Shown here: positions 27,849 to 37,342 of the stretch, in pieces
Layout: each line of letters starts with the position of its first letter
Position numbering within the stretch: the stretch's first letter is position 1
The notes under the pieces: generated by a model
Told to the model about the DNA's origin: nothing
Databases searched by the model: none
The model's input: only the letters and a program-made list of their open reading frames with translations
Translations under genes and position numbers: made by a program
IMG/VR virus record: IMGVR_UViG_3300044737_000122
Span: 1-50,517 of that record
DNA: 50,517 nucleotides
DNA from: a virus
Taxonomy: Duplodnaviria; Caudoviricetes
Strand: one strand, 5' to 3'

Positions 27849-28145
27849 TTAGCCAGTAATTGTCATGCCCACGATCTCCTGGATGGTTTGATCTGCCTGC
27901 GCGTCCTGCGCAGCGAACTCGGCAGAAGCCTCCTGGGTTGCCGTGTCCTTGACGAACGCTGCAAGCACGGCCGAAAGCTCGCCCTCCACCTGCTCGGGCG
28001 TCGTATCGAGCGGGAAGCCGTGGCGCTGCGTTGTGATGACCGCGCCGTCAGCGCTTTCGATATTGAACTGCACGGACAGCAGGTTCTCGCCCGTATCCTG
28101 CACAGTCAGCTTGTCCGCACTGAGAATTCTTATGGAGTAGTTCAT
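27849..28145 (-). CDS. hypothetical protein
   Basis: co-oriented in the operon. Confidence 0.6.
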   Translation of the reverse strand: MNYSIRILSADKLTVQDTGENLLSVQFNIESADGAVITTQRHGFPLDTTPEQVEGELSAVLAAFVKDTATQEASAEFAAQDAQADQTIQEIVGMTITG

Positions 28146-28156
28146 GGGTGGAATGA

Positions 28157-28609
28157 CTAGAGGTTAGCGGACGGGTCCTCGGCCGGCGCTGCATCGGCAG
28201 GCGCGCGGTTTGCCTCGATGAGGTCAACCAAGCTCGCCTTGGTGCTCGCAGCCTGGACCGCCTCCGAGGCTATGCCCTCGTTGGCAGCGATGGCTTCAAG
28301 CTCCTCGCGCGTCATGCGCTCGGACACCTTGGGCGTCACATCCACTGTCTCCGTAGGCGCGGAATCCGCACTAGGAGCGTCAATAGAGGGCTCGCCCGAG
28401 TCCTCAGTCGTCCCGCCGGCTACCGGCTCGGCTGGGGCTTCCTGAGGCGTTACAGGGGCAGGGGCCTCTGCCACCTCAGGCTTGTCGTTGCCGATTACGC
28501 CGAGCTGGAAGAGCGTCGATGCCTGCTCATCGGATAGCTCGATCCTGTCGCCGCGATGGTACTCCTTATGGTCGTGGTTGAGGTTGCTATAAACGTAGTA
28601 CTTGCTCAT
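28157..28609 (-). CDS. head-associated hypothetical protein (Rho-N/HeH-like C-terminal helix pair)
   Basis: MTREELEAIA...TKASLVDLI motif; position after the capsid genes. Confidence 0.6.
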   Translation of the reverse strand: MSKYYVYSNLNHDHKEYHRGDRIELSDEQASTLFQLGVIGNDKPEVAEAPAPVTPQEAPAEPVAGGTTEDSGEPSIDAPSADSAPTETVDVTPKVSERMTREELEAIAANEGIASEAVQAASTKASLVDLIEANRAPADAAPAEDPSANL

Positions 28610-28621
28610 AGGTCGTTGATT

Positions 28622-29158
28622 TTAGTCGGATAGAACGTACTCGACGTAGACGTTGAGCTTGCCAGCCGTGAGAGCTTCTACCGCGACCGTCGCGGTGATC
28701 TCGCGCACCGCAGTCGTCTTGATGTATGACGCCGCCTTGCGGGCCGCATCGAGGATGGCGCTGTCGCCTGCCACGGTCGCCTCGGCATACGAGCCCGGCA
28801 GGCATCCGTGCAGGCCTGCGTCCCATACGTTGCTCGCATTGCTGATGGCGATGGCGGCCGTGAGGTCCCCGGCACCCTCGATCTTCAGCGCGATGGTTGC
28901 TGCGTCGGTCGCTGACGTGAAGGTGGTCACTACGTCGACCCAGGCGTTCGTGACGATGGCCTTAGAAGGCAGGTATACGCCCAAGCCGTGCGCGGCGATG
29001 GTCGTGCTGGCGGTTCCTGAGCTGTCGGTAGTCGCAGTATCGAACGTGGCGACTGCCAGCTCCCGTACGACCGTGCCCTTGCGCTTGGTGCGCGTAATGC
29101 CGGACTTGTTCTTGATGATGAACTCAGGCGCGGTCTGCCTGACGCTTTTTATTCCCAT
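28622..29158 (-). CDS. putative capsid decoration protein
   Basis: LPSKAIV...VVTTFTS...LTAGKLNVYVEY; follows the MCP. Confidence 0.6.
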   Translation of the reverse strand: MGIKSVRQTAPEFIIKNKSGITRTKRKGTVVRELAVATFDTATTDSSGTASTTIAAHGLGVYLPSKAIVTNAWVDVVTTFTSATDAATIALKIEGAGDLTAAIAISNASNVWDAGLHGCLPGSYAEATVAGDSAILDAARKAASYIKTTAVREITATVAVEALTAGKLNVYVEYVLSD

Positions 29159-29172
29159 ATGTGGTGAGTTAT

Positions 29173-29211
29173 GCGCCGTGGGGTCCGCGGGGATTCCGCG
29201 GACCTTGGCGC
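29173..29211. other. GC-rich hairpin just downstream of the MCP gene
   Basis: GCGCC..GGTCCGCGG / CCGCGGACC..GGCGC inverted repeat. Confidence 0.6.
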
Positions 29212-29220
29212 GCTAATAAC

Positions 29221-30153
29221 TTAGGCGACTGCGTTCTTGATGAGGTATCCGGCGGCGGCGGAGACGAGCTGGAGATCGTAATAGTTATCGCCCACGCGAA
29301 CGTAGGTGCCCTTGCGATCCTCCTCATCAGAGCCGCGCAGGCGCTCTACCTTGCGGGTCTTCCACTGGTAGTTAAGGCCGAGCGTGATCATCTTTTGGCC
29401 GACGCGCGGGTTGATGTAGGCGAGGACGATGTCCTTGCCCCAGATGTAGCCCATGGCGTCGGTCTGACCCTCCTTGGCGGTGTTCTTGCCGGCGGCACCG
29501 ATGAGGACGCGGTCAACGCCTATGAGAGACGCGAGCAGGTCCTCGGTGATGACGCCCTTCTGCGAGTACTTGACGCGCTCGAGGAAGTCAGGATGGTTCT
29601 TAATCTTGTCCCACACCTGCTTGCCTATGATGGCAGTGTTCGGGCGCTGGAAGATGGAAGCGTGCACGGTCTGCATGCCGGTCTCGATAACGCCGAACGG
29701 GTCGGAGTTATCGTAGTCGCTGAACTGCGCGCTGCCCGACAGCGTGATGTTCTGGGTCATGACGCTGGTCGAGGTGAGCATCGTTGCGAGCTCCACCTCC
29801 TTGTTGATCATGTGCATCTCGGTGACGTTCTCGGTCGCATCGACGTACGGGTCGAGCGGCGGGACTGCATTGTCCGCATCCTCGTCCGTTACGAACTGCT
29901 TGAGCGAGTGGTCTTCCGCGAAGTACGGAAGGCCGGTCGTCAGCGAGAGCGTTACCTCGTTGGAAGGTGCACCCGAGGCGCGCTTGTTCTCCGGATTGCG
30001 GAAGCGGCCCTTGTCATAGATGAAGTGCTTGCCAGACTGCTTAGAGACGGGCATCGCGGGAAAGATCGAATCCGCGATGTACGTGTCGTTGCTGTAACCG
30101 ATAGAGATGTTGCTCAGTACCGGGTCGACGCCTTGATAACGATTGGTAGACAT
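29221..30153 (-). CDS. major capsid protein (HK97 fold, lambda-E-like)
   Basis: VDPVLSNISIGY, FSDYDNSDPFGVIE, RPNTAIIG, AAAGYLIKNAVA. Confidence 0.88.
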   Translation of the reverse strand: MSTNRYQGVDPVLSNISIGYSNDTYIADSIFPAMPVSKQSGKHFIYDKGRFRNPENKRASGAPSNEVTLSLTTGLPYFAEDHSLKQFVTDEDADNAVPPLDPYVDATENVTEMHMINKEVELATMLTSTSVMTQNITLSGSAQFSDYDNSDPFGVIETGMQTVHASIFQRPNTAIIGKQVWDKIKNHPDFLERVKYSQKGVITEDLLASLIGVDRVLIGAAGKNTAKEGQTDAMGYIWGKDIVLAYINPRVGQKMITLGLNYQWKTRKVERLRGSDEEDRKGTYVRVGDNYYDLQLVSAAAGYLIKNAVA

Positions 30154-30178
30154 AAAGTAATTGGATAGAAGCTAATGA

Positions 30179-30544
30179 CTAAGCAGAGAGCGTGTAGATG
30201 CCGAGCTGCACCTCGATAATGTCGCCGTCGGCCGATGCGGCCTCAAGAGCGACGCCCAGGACCGTGTGATGGTCGGTGGTGGTGGTAACAACCTTGCCGG
30301 CGGTCGTGGCGGTGACCTTCGCGCCTGCGCTGATAGCGGCCGATGCGATGGCCTTCGTGGTGCCGATAAAGCGGTAGGTGCACTGCTCGGTGGCTGCGGC
30401 AGCCATTTGAGCGACGCCCACAATGGCGTCAGAGTTGCTGGTGGCTACGTCGATGCCGGTCGACGTGATTTTGACGACCTGGTAGGCCGTGATGGCGTTG
30501 TCTGCGGTCTTCGACCTCTCGAAGTCGCGTACTGATTGAGACAT
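30179..30544 (-). CDS. capsid cement protein (DUF2190-like)
   Basis: AAISAGAKVT...GVALEAASADGDIIEV. Confidence 0.78.
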   Translation of the reverse strand: MSQSVRDFERSKTADNAITAYQVVKITSTGIDVATSNSDAIVGVAQMAAAATEQCTYRFIGTTKAIASAAISAGAKVTATTAGKVVTTTTDHHTVLGVALEAASADGDIIEVQLGIYTLSA

Positions 30545-30563
30545 AAATTAGTGTTGTTAGCGG

Positions 30564-31775
30564 TTAGTTAGATGCTGCGAGCTCTGCGTCGTACTTGGCC
30601 TTGAGTTCGGGCTTCTCGGAGAAGAGCTTCCGGACTGCGTCTGAGTACCCAAGTTTGCCATCCGAGGCGGCGATCATCGCCTTAACCGCGGTGTCAACTT
30701 CCTTCGCGACAGCATCGACGCCGGCACCCTCACTACCGCCGTCGCCGACCTCGCTAAAGATCGATGCGTCGCGCTTGGGCAGGTTGCTCATGAGGTTGAT
30801 GAACTGGTCGCGCTGCTTCTCCGAGAGCGTCTTTACGAAGCTCTCAACTGCGCCCTTCTGCTTGACGCCGAAGTGGCCGTTCTTGTTGGTATCGGAGAAG
30901 ATCATCTTGGTCACAAGCGCGTCGCGCTCGCTGGCCTCGATCTTCTGAAGTGCCTTGGCGCCGTCGTCCGCTGCCTTGCGGAGCGCGTTCACCTCGGCCT
31001 CGGACATGGTAATTACCTTGCCCTTCGGCTCGGCTGCTGCCACAGGCGCCGGGTCGGCCGCGGGTGCCGGATCGGCCGGGACCGGGTCTGCTGCGGGCGC
31101 AGGGTCTGCTGCGGGCTCCTCTATCACGCTTGCGAAAGCCGATTTTTGATCAGCATCCAATTCGTCCTTGTGCTCGCGCACAAAGCTCTTCTCGTCTGCC
31201 GTCAGGTCCTCCGCTTTCTTCGCGAGTATTTCTTTCAAATCCATAGATTGACTAAATTGATTCATAATGCCCGGCTCGCTGAACGCCAGCACGGGTGCCT
31301 CGAGCTCCTTGAAGTACGGCTTGTTGGTGAGCGCGCCGCCCACGAGGACGTTGTGGAACACCTTCCGCGTCTCCGGGTCCTCATACTCCTCGTAGAACTC
31401 GGGCGAGAAGTACTTGAAGGCGTTCTCCTGGAGGAGGCGCGCGCCTTCCTCGGTCCACTCGACGTACGCCCAGAGGCCGTTTACTCCCCGGTCGTACACC
31501 TCCCTGAACCAGCCGATGGCCGGCAGCTCCCCGCCGCTCATGCCGTTGTCGTGACCCGCGGTGATGGGGATGCTGCGGCGGACCTTGTCTTTGAAGTTTT
31601 GTACGAACTCCTTGATGTCGGCCGGCGTAATCTCCATCTCGCCGTACACCGGATGCTGCCACTTGCCCGTCGGGACAACGTGTAGATCACCCGCTTTTTC
31701 AGCAAAGGCCCGGCCCTCGGGGAGGAGGATCGGAAACGCGATTCGCTTTTTGCTATCGTGTCCCTCTTGCTTCAT
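30564..31775 (-). CDS. Mu gpI-like prohead protease/scaffold
   Basis: AIGWF, VEWTEEG, FKYFSPEF, GGALTNKPYFKEL; acidic scaffold C-terminus. Confidence 0.88.
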   Translation of the reverse strand: MKQEGHDSKKRIAFPILLPEGRAFAEKAGDLHVVPTGKWQHPVYGEMEITPADIKEFVQNFKDKVRRSIPITAGHDNGMSGGELPAIGWFREVYDRGVNGLWAYVEWTEEGARLLQENAFKYFSPEFYEEYEDPETRKVFHNVLVGGALTNKPYFKELEAPVLAFSEPGIMNQFSQSMDLKEILAKKAEDLTADEKSFVREHKDELDADQKSAFASVIEEPAADPAPAADPVPADPAPAADPAPVAAAEPKGKVITMSEAEVNALRKAADDGAKALQKIEASERDALVTKMIFSDTNKNGHFGVKQKGAVESFVKTLSEKQRDQFINLMSNLPKRDASIFSEVGDGGSEGAGVDAVAKEVDTAVKAMIAASDGKLGYSDAVRKLFSEKPELKAKYDAELAASN

Positions 31776-31861
31776 GCCTCCATCATACAGCATGTTCACC
31801 GCCGTATTGTCCGAGACCACAAACGGCAATATGGGGATAACAACGTTCGAGGGCTATTGGG

Positions 31862-32821
31862 ATGGCCGGTCAAATGGAAGGGGAGGCACCTCTGGCTGAA
31901 GAAAAGGAGCGCGTACCAACAAATGTGGACGTGGCACTCGTTAGAAAACTGATAAGCGACTTCAGAGCTGCCGACCGCGACGGCATCTCGGTCCAAAAGA
32001 TGGTATCGTTCCTGACGAGTTTCCCGTTCCTTCCTCACTGCGAGGGATTTCTATACCCCGGCACCCTCATCGGGCGCGCTCGGATTAACTCAGGACCATC
32101 GTTGTTTTGTTCGGAGAAGGAACTTTCCTATCATCCCAAGGCGGATGAATGTAAGCGTTATGGACGGGCGTCAACACCGCTACGCGCAGTCTTCTACGGC
32201 AGCATCATGGCTGGGTTGGTCGAGGATCGGGTCCTGACCCTGATGTCCGAAGTAGCGGAAGTATTCAAGAACGGCGCGGATGGCAAATACGATATGCCAT
32301 CGGAGTTCTTCCTGACGGTCGGTACTTGGTCGGTAACCGAAAAAATCACCGTAGCTGAAATGGTGTACGCGCAACGGTTCATCAACGCCTCACCGGAAAT
32401 CAGAAAAGCATTCGAACACTTCATGCGAAGCTTCGCAGGAAAGATCGGCGGCAATGAGTTAGAAGCAACAACCGCGATCTTGGAATTTATTTGCGAAGAG
32501 TTTGCCAATCCACATGTTGCTCGACACGAAGACTACGTAGTCTCGGCCGCTTACGCACAGATGTTGCTTGAAACAACACCGCGCGTACAGGGAATACTTT
32601 ATCCTAGTGTTCGTTCTGACGCCCGAGGCTTCAACGTTGCACTGTATCCATACACCGTCGAGCGGAGCCTCGTACTTATTGAGGCTGCATATTGTCGGGT
32701 CTCCGAAGCTCACACTCCGCGCCCTGTGTTTCAGGTGTTAAAGATAGCTAGCGACTTAGGACCAGTGAACTCGCGTTTCACCTGGGTCGATGTTCCAAGC
32801 AAGGGCGGCCTCCGCGCCTAG
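31862..32821 (+). CDS. RES-domain protein (putative NAD+-targeting toxin/defence moron)
   Basis: YGRAS.P...VFYGS, GILYPSVR, FNVALYP; antisense to the head operon. Confidence 0.7.
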   Translation: MAGQMEGEAPLAEEKERVPTNVDVALVRKLISDFRAADRDGISVQKMVSFLTSFPFLPHCEGFLYPGTLIGRARINSGPSLFCSEKELSYHPKADECKRYGRASTPLRAVFYGSIMAGLVEDRVLTLMSEVAEVFKNGADGKYDMPSEFFLTVGTWSVTEKITVAEMVYAQRFINASPEIRKAFEHFMRSFAGKIGGNELEATTAILEFICEEFANPHVARHEDYVVSAAYAQMLLETTPRVQGILYPSVRSDARGFNVALYPYTVERSLVLIEAAYCRVSEAHTPRPVFQVLKIASDLGPVNSRFTWVDVPSKGGLRA

Positions 32822-32841
32822 GAAGTCAAGCTAATCAGGAC

Positions 32842-35067
32842 TCATTGGCTTCTGCGCTCTTCCCGCTTGTCAGCCTCCTCGCGGGCCGGCGTGCCCTTCT
32901 TGGTTATAGGCGTCTTGGGCTGCATCAAGGCATTGACAACGTCGCCGAAGCGGTCTCGCAGCGATTTTGGAATGCCGCCGATCTTAGGCAGTTCGTCCTC
33001 GTCCTTCTTGATCGCCACCCATATGCCGCGGCAGTTGGAATGGAAGATGGTGTTTTGAGCAAACGGGTCGCTCGTCTCGACGATGCGTCCGTCGATCGAC
33101 AGGCAGTAGTTGCAGGTAGTCAGGTCCAGGAGCTCCGATCGCTGGAGCGCGTGCAGGTCGTCGCCGTTGATGTCAAACACGACGTTGCGGCCATAGTTTA
33201 TGTAGCCGGCCATGAGGATGCTGGAAGCGTCGGAGGTGAGGGCCTCGATGGCTGCGGCAGCCGCGGCGTCCGCCGCTGCAAGCGCCTGAGTGGTTGACGC
33301 GCCCTTGCTCAGCGCCTCGATGTAGGCGTTCTTGCTCTCGCTCGTTATTTGCGTGATCTGCTGGTCGGCTATCGCGGCGGCCCGTATGTCGATCTGCCGG
33401 AGCACGTCCTGCGGGTTTGCAGGCGCGTTGAGCCCGAGCTCCTTGGCGGCGTTGTTCTTGCCGTATAGGAACGCGCTCTGGGCGGCGTTCTTGATGATCC
33501 TCGCCAAGTCGTTCTGCACCTTCAGTGTCGCGTCCTTTATGCCCTCGGTGTCGCCCGCATGCGCGGCCCGGGTGAACGCGGCCATGTACTTGTCGCGGGC
33601 CTCGTGCAGGAGCGCGGCCGTCTCCTTGTCAAACTGGGCCTCCAGCTCGTCGAGCTTGTCCTGGAGGCTCTGGAAGTTGACCTTCTCCTCAGCAAACGTC
33701 AGCGACCGCGATGGCTTAAATTCGGCGAACGCGAGGTACTTTTTTTTTAGGTTACCCTCGCTCATCTCGATGTCATCGGGAGCCTTGGGGTCTTGAGGAG
33801 CAAACGGCGCGATCTTGGGAGCTGGTTTCTCGCGCTTGCCGGTCTCGTCGAACTCAGGGAGATTGAGCGCCTCGCGGAAGTAATCCTCGTCGGCTTCCTG
33901 CGGAGTGACCGCACCCGTGTCCACAAGAGTTTTGTAGGCGTCGGACAGGCCAGCCACGTCCGTACTGGTGATGCCCTCGAAATCCAGGGTCGGATATTCC
34001 TTAACGTTATCGAAGTTGAGGTCTACGAGCTCCTTGATGGCCTGCTTGTTAAAGGTGCTGGCGAAATTACGGGCCACGGCCTCAAGCGACTGCAAGAACA
34101 GGTCTGAGTGGTCCTCGGAGAGGGCGCGGCTACCCGAGGTGCCGGCGGTCGATGCGGCGCCGAGCTCAAGAAAGGCCGCGAGTACCGACTTCATAATCTC
34201 GCGGTTGTGGTGTGCGAGAGAGTTCTGCGGATCGCGCGTCTTGTCAGACTGCATGTCCTTAAAGCCGATCTCATAGTCGTTAGGCTCAACGATGTAGGCA
34301 TGCGAGTTGGCGCGCATGTTCTTGAGGATCGTCTCGGCCTTCGCGACATCGGACGCAGTCGCTTCGCTGGGCAACTTCACATACGGGACGCCCAAGCCCT
34401 GCCGCTCAAAGGCGATGGCGTCGATCTTGTAGATCGTGTTCTTGATAAACCAGTGCTTGTAGGCTGGGCGCAGTATCGACGTGCCCCACCAATTGTCGCC
34501 TTCCATCTCGTTGACGAACACGATGAGCTTGTCGCCCGGTATCTCAACCACCTTACCGGTTGAGGTGTTCTGCGTGATGCCGAACTCGCCTCCCGCAATG
34601 GCCCACTTCTGGATTGAACGCGGCATGCGCGGGGCAAGCTTGTCCCATACGATGCGCGGCGTGCCATCAACGTCGCGTACGGCGAATACCTTCTCGAAGG
34701 GCATCACGCCGAATGGAAGCGACAAGAGCGCTTGGCGCAGGAAGTCGTCGAAAGAAAAATTAGGTGCTTCAAAAAGCGCCTTCGTCACAAAATCCTTTCT
34801 CTCCTGATCGACGGCCTCTTCGCTGGCCGCTTTGACAAACCAGTTCGCCGCTCGCACGGGGAGGGTGACCGCGAGGTATGCGGCGCGCACGGTGCCATCG
34901 GACTTGCGCATCTCGTCGTAGATCGCGATGCCGCGAACGTCCTGAAGTTTGGAGTTGTACTCCTCGCTGATGACTCCATCGAGAATGCGGGTGCCGGTGT
35001 CGCCAAGCTCTACAAGCCCGTCAATTTTTTTAGCGGCTGTGGGTTTCTTGGGCTTGGCGGGTGCCAT
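32842..35067 (-). CDS. portal protein (DUF935/Mu gp29-like) fused to MuF-like minor head protein
   Basis: GTSILRPAYKHW, ERQGLGVP, GSRALSEDH; C-terminal TCNYCLSIDG...HSNCRG. Confidence 0.88.
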   Translation of the reverse strand: MAPAKPKKPTAAKKIDGLVELGDTGTRILDGVISEEYNSKLQDVRGIAIYDEMRKSDGTVRAAYLAVTLPVRAANWFVKAASEEAVDQERKDFVTKALFEAPNFSFDDFLRQALLSLPFGVMPFEKVFAVRDVDGTPRIVWDKLAPRMPRSIQKWAIAGGEFGITQNTSTGKVVEIPGDKLIVFVNEMEGDNWWGTSILRPAYKHWFIKNTIYKIDAIAFERQGLGVPYVKLPSEATASDVAKAETILKNMRANSHAYIVEPNDYEIGFKDMQSDKTRDPQNSLAHHNREIMKSVLAAFLELGAASTAGTSGSRALSEDHSDLFLQSLEAVARNFASTFNKQAIKELVDLNFDNVKEYPTLDFEGITSTDVAGLSDAYKTLVDTGAVTPQEADEDYFREALNLPEFDETGKREKPAPKIAPFAPQDPKAPDDIEMSEGNLKKKYLAFAEFKPSRSLTFAEEKVNFQSLQDKLDELEAQFDKETAALLHEARDKYMAAFTRAAHAGDTEGIKDATLKVQNDLARIIKNAAQSAFLYGKNNAAKELGLNAPANPQDVLRQIDIRAAAIADQQITQITSESKNAYIEALSKGASTTQALAAADAAAAAAIEALTSDASSILMAGYINYGRNVVFDINGDDLHALQRSELLDLTTCNYCLSIDGRIVETSDPFAQNTIFHSNCRGIWVAIKKDEDELPKIGGIPKSLRDRFGDVVNALMQPKTPITKKGTPAREEADKREERRSQ

Positions 35068-35090
35068 ATGCCGATATGATAGCACCCACT

Positions 35091-36716
35091 TTAAAACTGC
35101 TCGTCGAGCAATCCCCCGGTGAGCGTGCTCGAGCGGCGCGCGGGCGGTGGCTCAGGTGGCAGGGCGCTCGTCGATTTGCCAAGCATCCATCGGCGTTGCG
35201 CGAGCATCTTGGCGTCCGGGCAGTGGTCGTCTTCCTTGAGCGGCTTGTCGCTGCCCTTCTGGTAGCGATAGCGCTTGTGCTGCCAGATGGCCTCCTTGAA
35301 CTCCGCGGGGATGCGGTTGAGGCGCCGCGAGAAGTACGCGCGGTAGTTACCGAGCATCTCCTCCTTCTCTGTGCCGAGCCGTTTGCTCTTGTCTTTCTTT
35401 CCGTCCGTGGTGGTGTGCTGGACCGGGCGGCCGAAGGGCACCTCCACGACCGTGCAGCGGAATTGCTCCTTCTCCGGGAGCTCGCGAATGGCCTTGGCGA
35501 TCTCGGCGCGCAGGTCGGCGTTCTCGAAGGGGTGGGAGCCGTCGGCGTACAGCGTCCGCATTTTGTATTTGAGCACGTCGGCCACGATGTCCCGGATAAT
35601 GACGGCGGAGCGCACCTGCGTGTAGATGCCCATTTCGAGCTGGACCAGCACGCCGTCCTTGTGCGCCATCTCAACGTCCCAGGCCGTCATGCCCTGGAAG
35701 CCCCAGTCCAAGCCTCCCGCCACTTCAGCGCCCGGCCGATACTCGTAGCCGGTCAGGTCGGGGATGACGCAGGCATCCACGTCCTCGGGGTCGTTGACCA
35801 TACCCTCTGCCGACGGCCGCAGGCCCATGTACTCCACGTCAAACCAGTCAATCGACGACTTCTCGCGCCAAGCCTGAATGATGTTGTCGACCGGCACCCA
35901 GCCTTCGGGGTCGCCGGTGCGGCCGGTGGCGCGCTTCTTGAGGCCCGCGAGGTCCGGTATCTCGCGGTTGAGCCTCTCGTCGTCCCATATCGCCGGGTCA
36001 AACTCCTTCGTTACGTCGAAGATGTCCCAGGAGAGACGGGTGTAGCCGAGCTCGTCCGCGCGGTCCCACGTCTCCTGGAAGAAGCCGAATATCTTATGAA
36101 AGGTCGAGGTCAGCACCACGAGCGGGTTGTCTGCCGTGTCGACCATCGGGAGCGCGGAGAGGATGATCTCATCTTTGGCCTCGCACGCCTCGTCGATACA
36201 AAGGTCATCGGGGTGAGGGCCGCGTACCTGCTTCTGCGATGCCGCCACGGCGCGGAAGTAATTGCCCTGGTCCGTGCGCGTACGCAGCATGGTGGGCTCC
36301 TTGGGCAGCGCCTCCAGGATCGCGTCGCTGACGAAGATGAACTCGGTAAAGTAGCGGTACACCCCGGTGGCCTGCTCGAGCGAGCCGCCCAGGTTGACGA
36401 TGTTGCGCAGCTTGAGGAACCATCGGACGAAGCCCAATGCGCCGAGCATCTTGCTTTTGCCGCCGCCGCGGGGGCCCTTGATGATGAAGCGGTTGGCGGG
36501 CCGGCCCTGAAGATCCTGCTGGAGCCACAGGCACGCGAATATCAGCCGCAGCTTGCGCGGAAAGAGCATCGACGGGTCGATGAATTTAAGCAGCGATATG
36601 GGCTTCGTGCCGTACCGACGCCGGATGTCCTCGGGACTACTGAGGACTACCTTCTTGAATTTTCGCTGCGCCTCGGAGAGCCTCTGCCTCTGCGATAGCG
36701 GCGGTGAGGATTGCAT
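35091..36716 (-). CDS. terL: terminase large subunit
   Basis: GPRGGGKS Walker A, LCIDEA Walker B, GGLDWG and DDHCPDA RNase-H motifs. Confidence 0.9.
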   Translation of the reverse strand: MQSSPPLSQRQRLSEAQRKFKKVVLSSPEDIRRRYGTKPISLLKFIDPSMLFPRKLRLIFACLWLQQDLQGRPANRFIIKGPRGGGKSKMLGALGFVRWFLKLRNIVNLGGSLEQATGVYRYFTEFIFVSDAILEALPKEPTMLRTRTDQGNYFRAVAASQKQVRGPHPDDLCIDEACEAKDEIILSALPMVDTADNPLVVLTSTFHKIFGFFQETWDRADELGYTRLSWDIFDVTKEFDPAIWDDERLNREIPDLAGLKKRATGRTGDPEGWVPVDNIIQAWREKSSIDWFDVEYMGLRPSAEGMVNDPEDVDACVIPDLTGYEYRPGAEVAGGLDWGFQGMTAWDVEMAHKDGVLVQLEMGIYTQVRSAVIIRDIVADVLKYKMRTLYADGSHPFENADLRAEIAKAIRELPEKEQFRCTVVEVPFGRPVQHTTTDGKKDKSKRLGTEKEEMLGNYRAYFSRRLNRIPAEFKEAIWQHKRYRYQKGSDKPLKEDDHCPDAKMLAQRRWMLGKSTSALPPEPPPARRSSTLTGGLLDEQF

Positions 36717-37251
36717 ACAATTCGTCTTGCCGCTCCTGTGGGAGCGGAGAGAGCAGTTCGCGGATGTCGTCCATGGCGAAGCGCTCTGTTACGTCCTTTG
36801 TCTTGTCGACGATGCGGCCGCGCACCTTGTTGTACTCGTTGATTCCTCGGACCTTCGATTGCAGGTCGTCATCCTGCGTGATGATCTTGGCAAGCTGGCT
36901 GTCGACGATGTCGTCGCGCAGGAGCTCATTGAGCAGCGCTGTGACACGCTCCTGTATCTCAGGTTTTCTAAGAAGCTTGCCCCCTTCAGTCGCGCAGACT
37001 GCGCAGGCGCGGTCATATTCGCTCGGGAGCTTCTTGCGCTTCTTGCGCTTCTTTCCCTTACCCTCGTACTCGGGCTCACGGGACAACTCGTCGAGCTTGT
37101 ACCCGAACGCCTCCGCGTATGATCGCGTTGCGTTGCCGAACATCTCCTGGTTCTTGGTGTAGTACTGGCAGAATGCTTCGCGCTTGAGCCTGAGCTCTTC
37201 CGCCTTTTTGTCCTGTTCGGCCTTAGGAGCGGTCGTCGCTTTCTTCTCCAT
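36637..37251 (-). CDS. terS: terminase small subunit
   Basis: FCQYY...GNATRSYAEAFG...KLLRKPEIQERV. Confidence 0.8.
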   Translation of the reverse strand: MEKKATTAPKAEQDKKAEELRLKREAFCQYYTKNQEMFGNATRSYAEAFGYKLDELSREPEYEGKGKKRKKRKKLPSEYDRACAVCATEGGKLLRKPEIQERVTALLNELLRDDIVDSQLAKIITQDDDLQSKVRGINEYNKVRGRIVDKTKDVTERFAMDDIRELLSPLPQERQDELYAILTAAIAEAEALRGAAKIQEGSPQ

Positions 37252-37342
37252 GAGCTTATCGTAGCACACCGGGCCGATCTTGTTTCCCTCACGGTGATGT
37301 GCGTGCTAGTCCGGGGTATTCCGAACGACCAGAATCGCTGCG

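Noticed and set aside
29161-30168. 335-aa + strand ORF
   Set aside because: Antisense shadow of the major capsid gene.
35061-36698. 545-aa + strand ORF and similar long antisense ORFs (3032-4132, 3280-4440, 25113-26333, 20405-21268)
   Set aside because: Shadow frames of well-supported genes, as expected in high-GC DNA.
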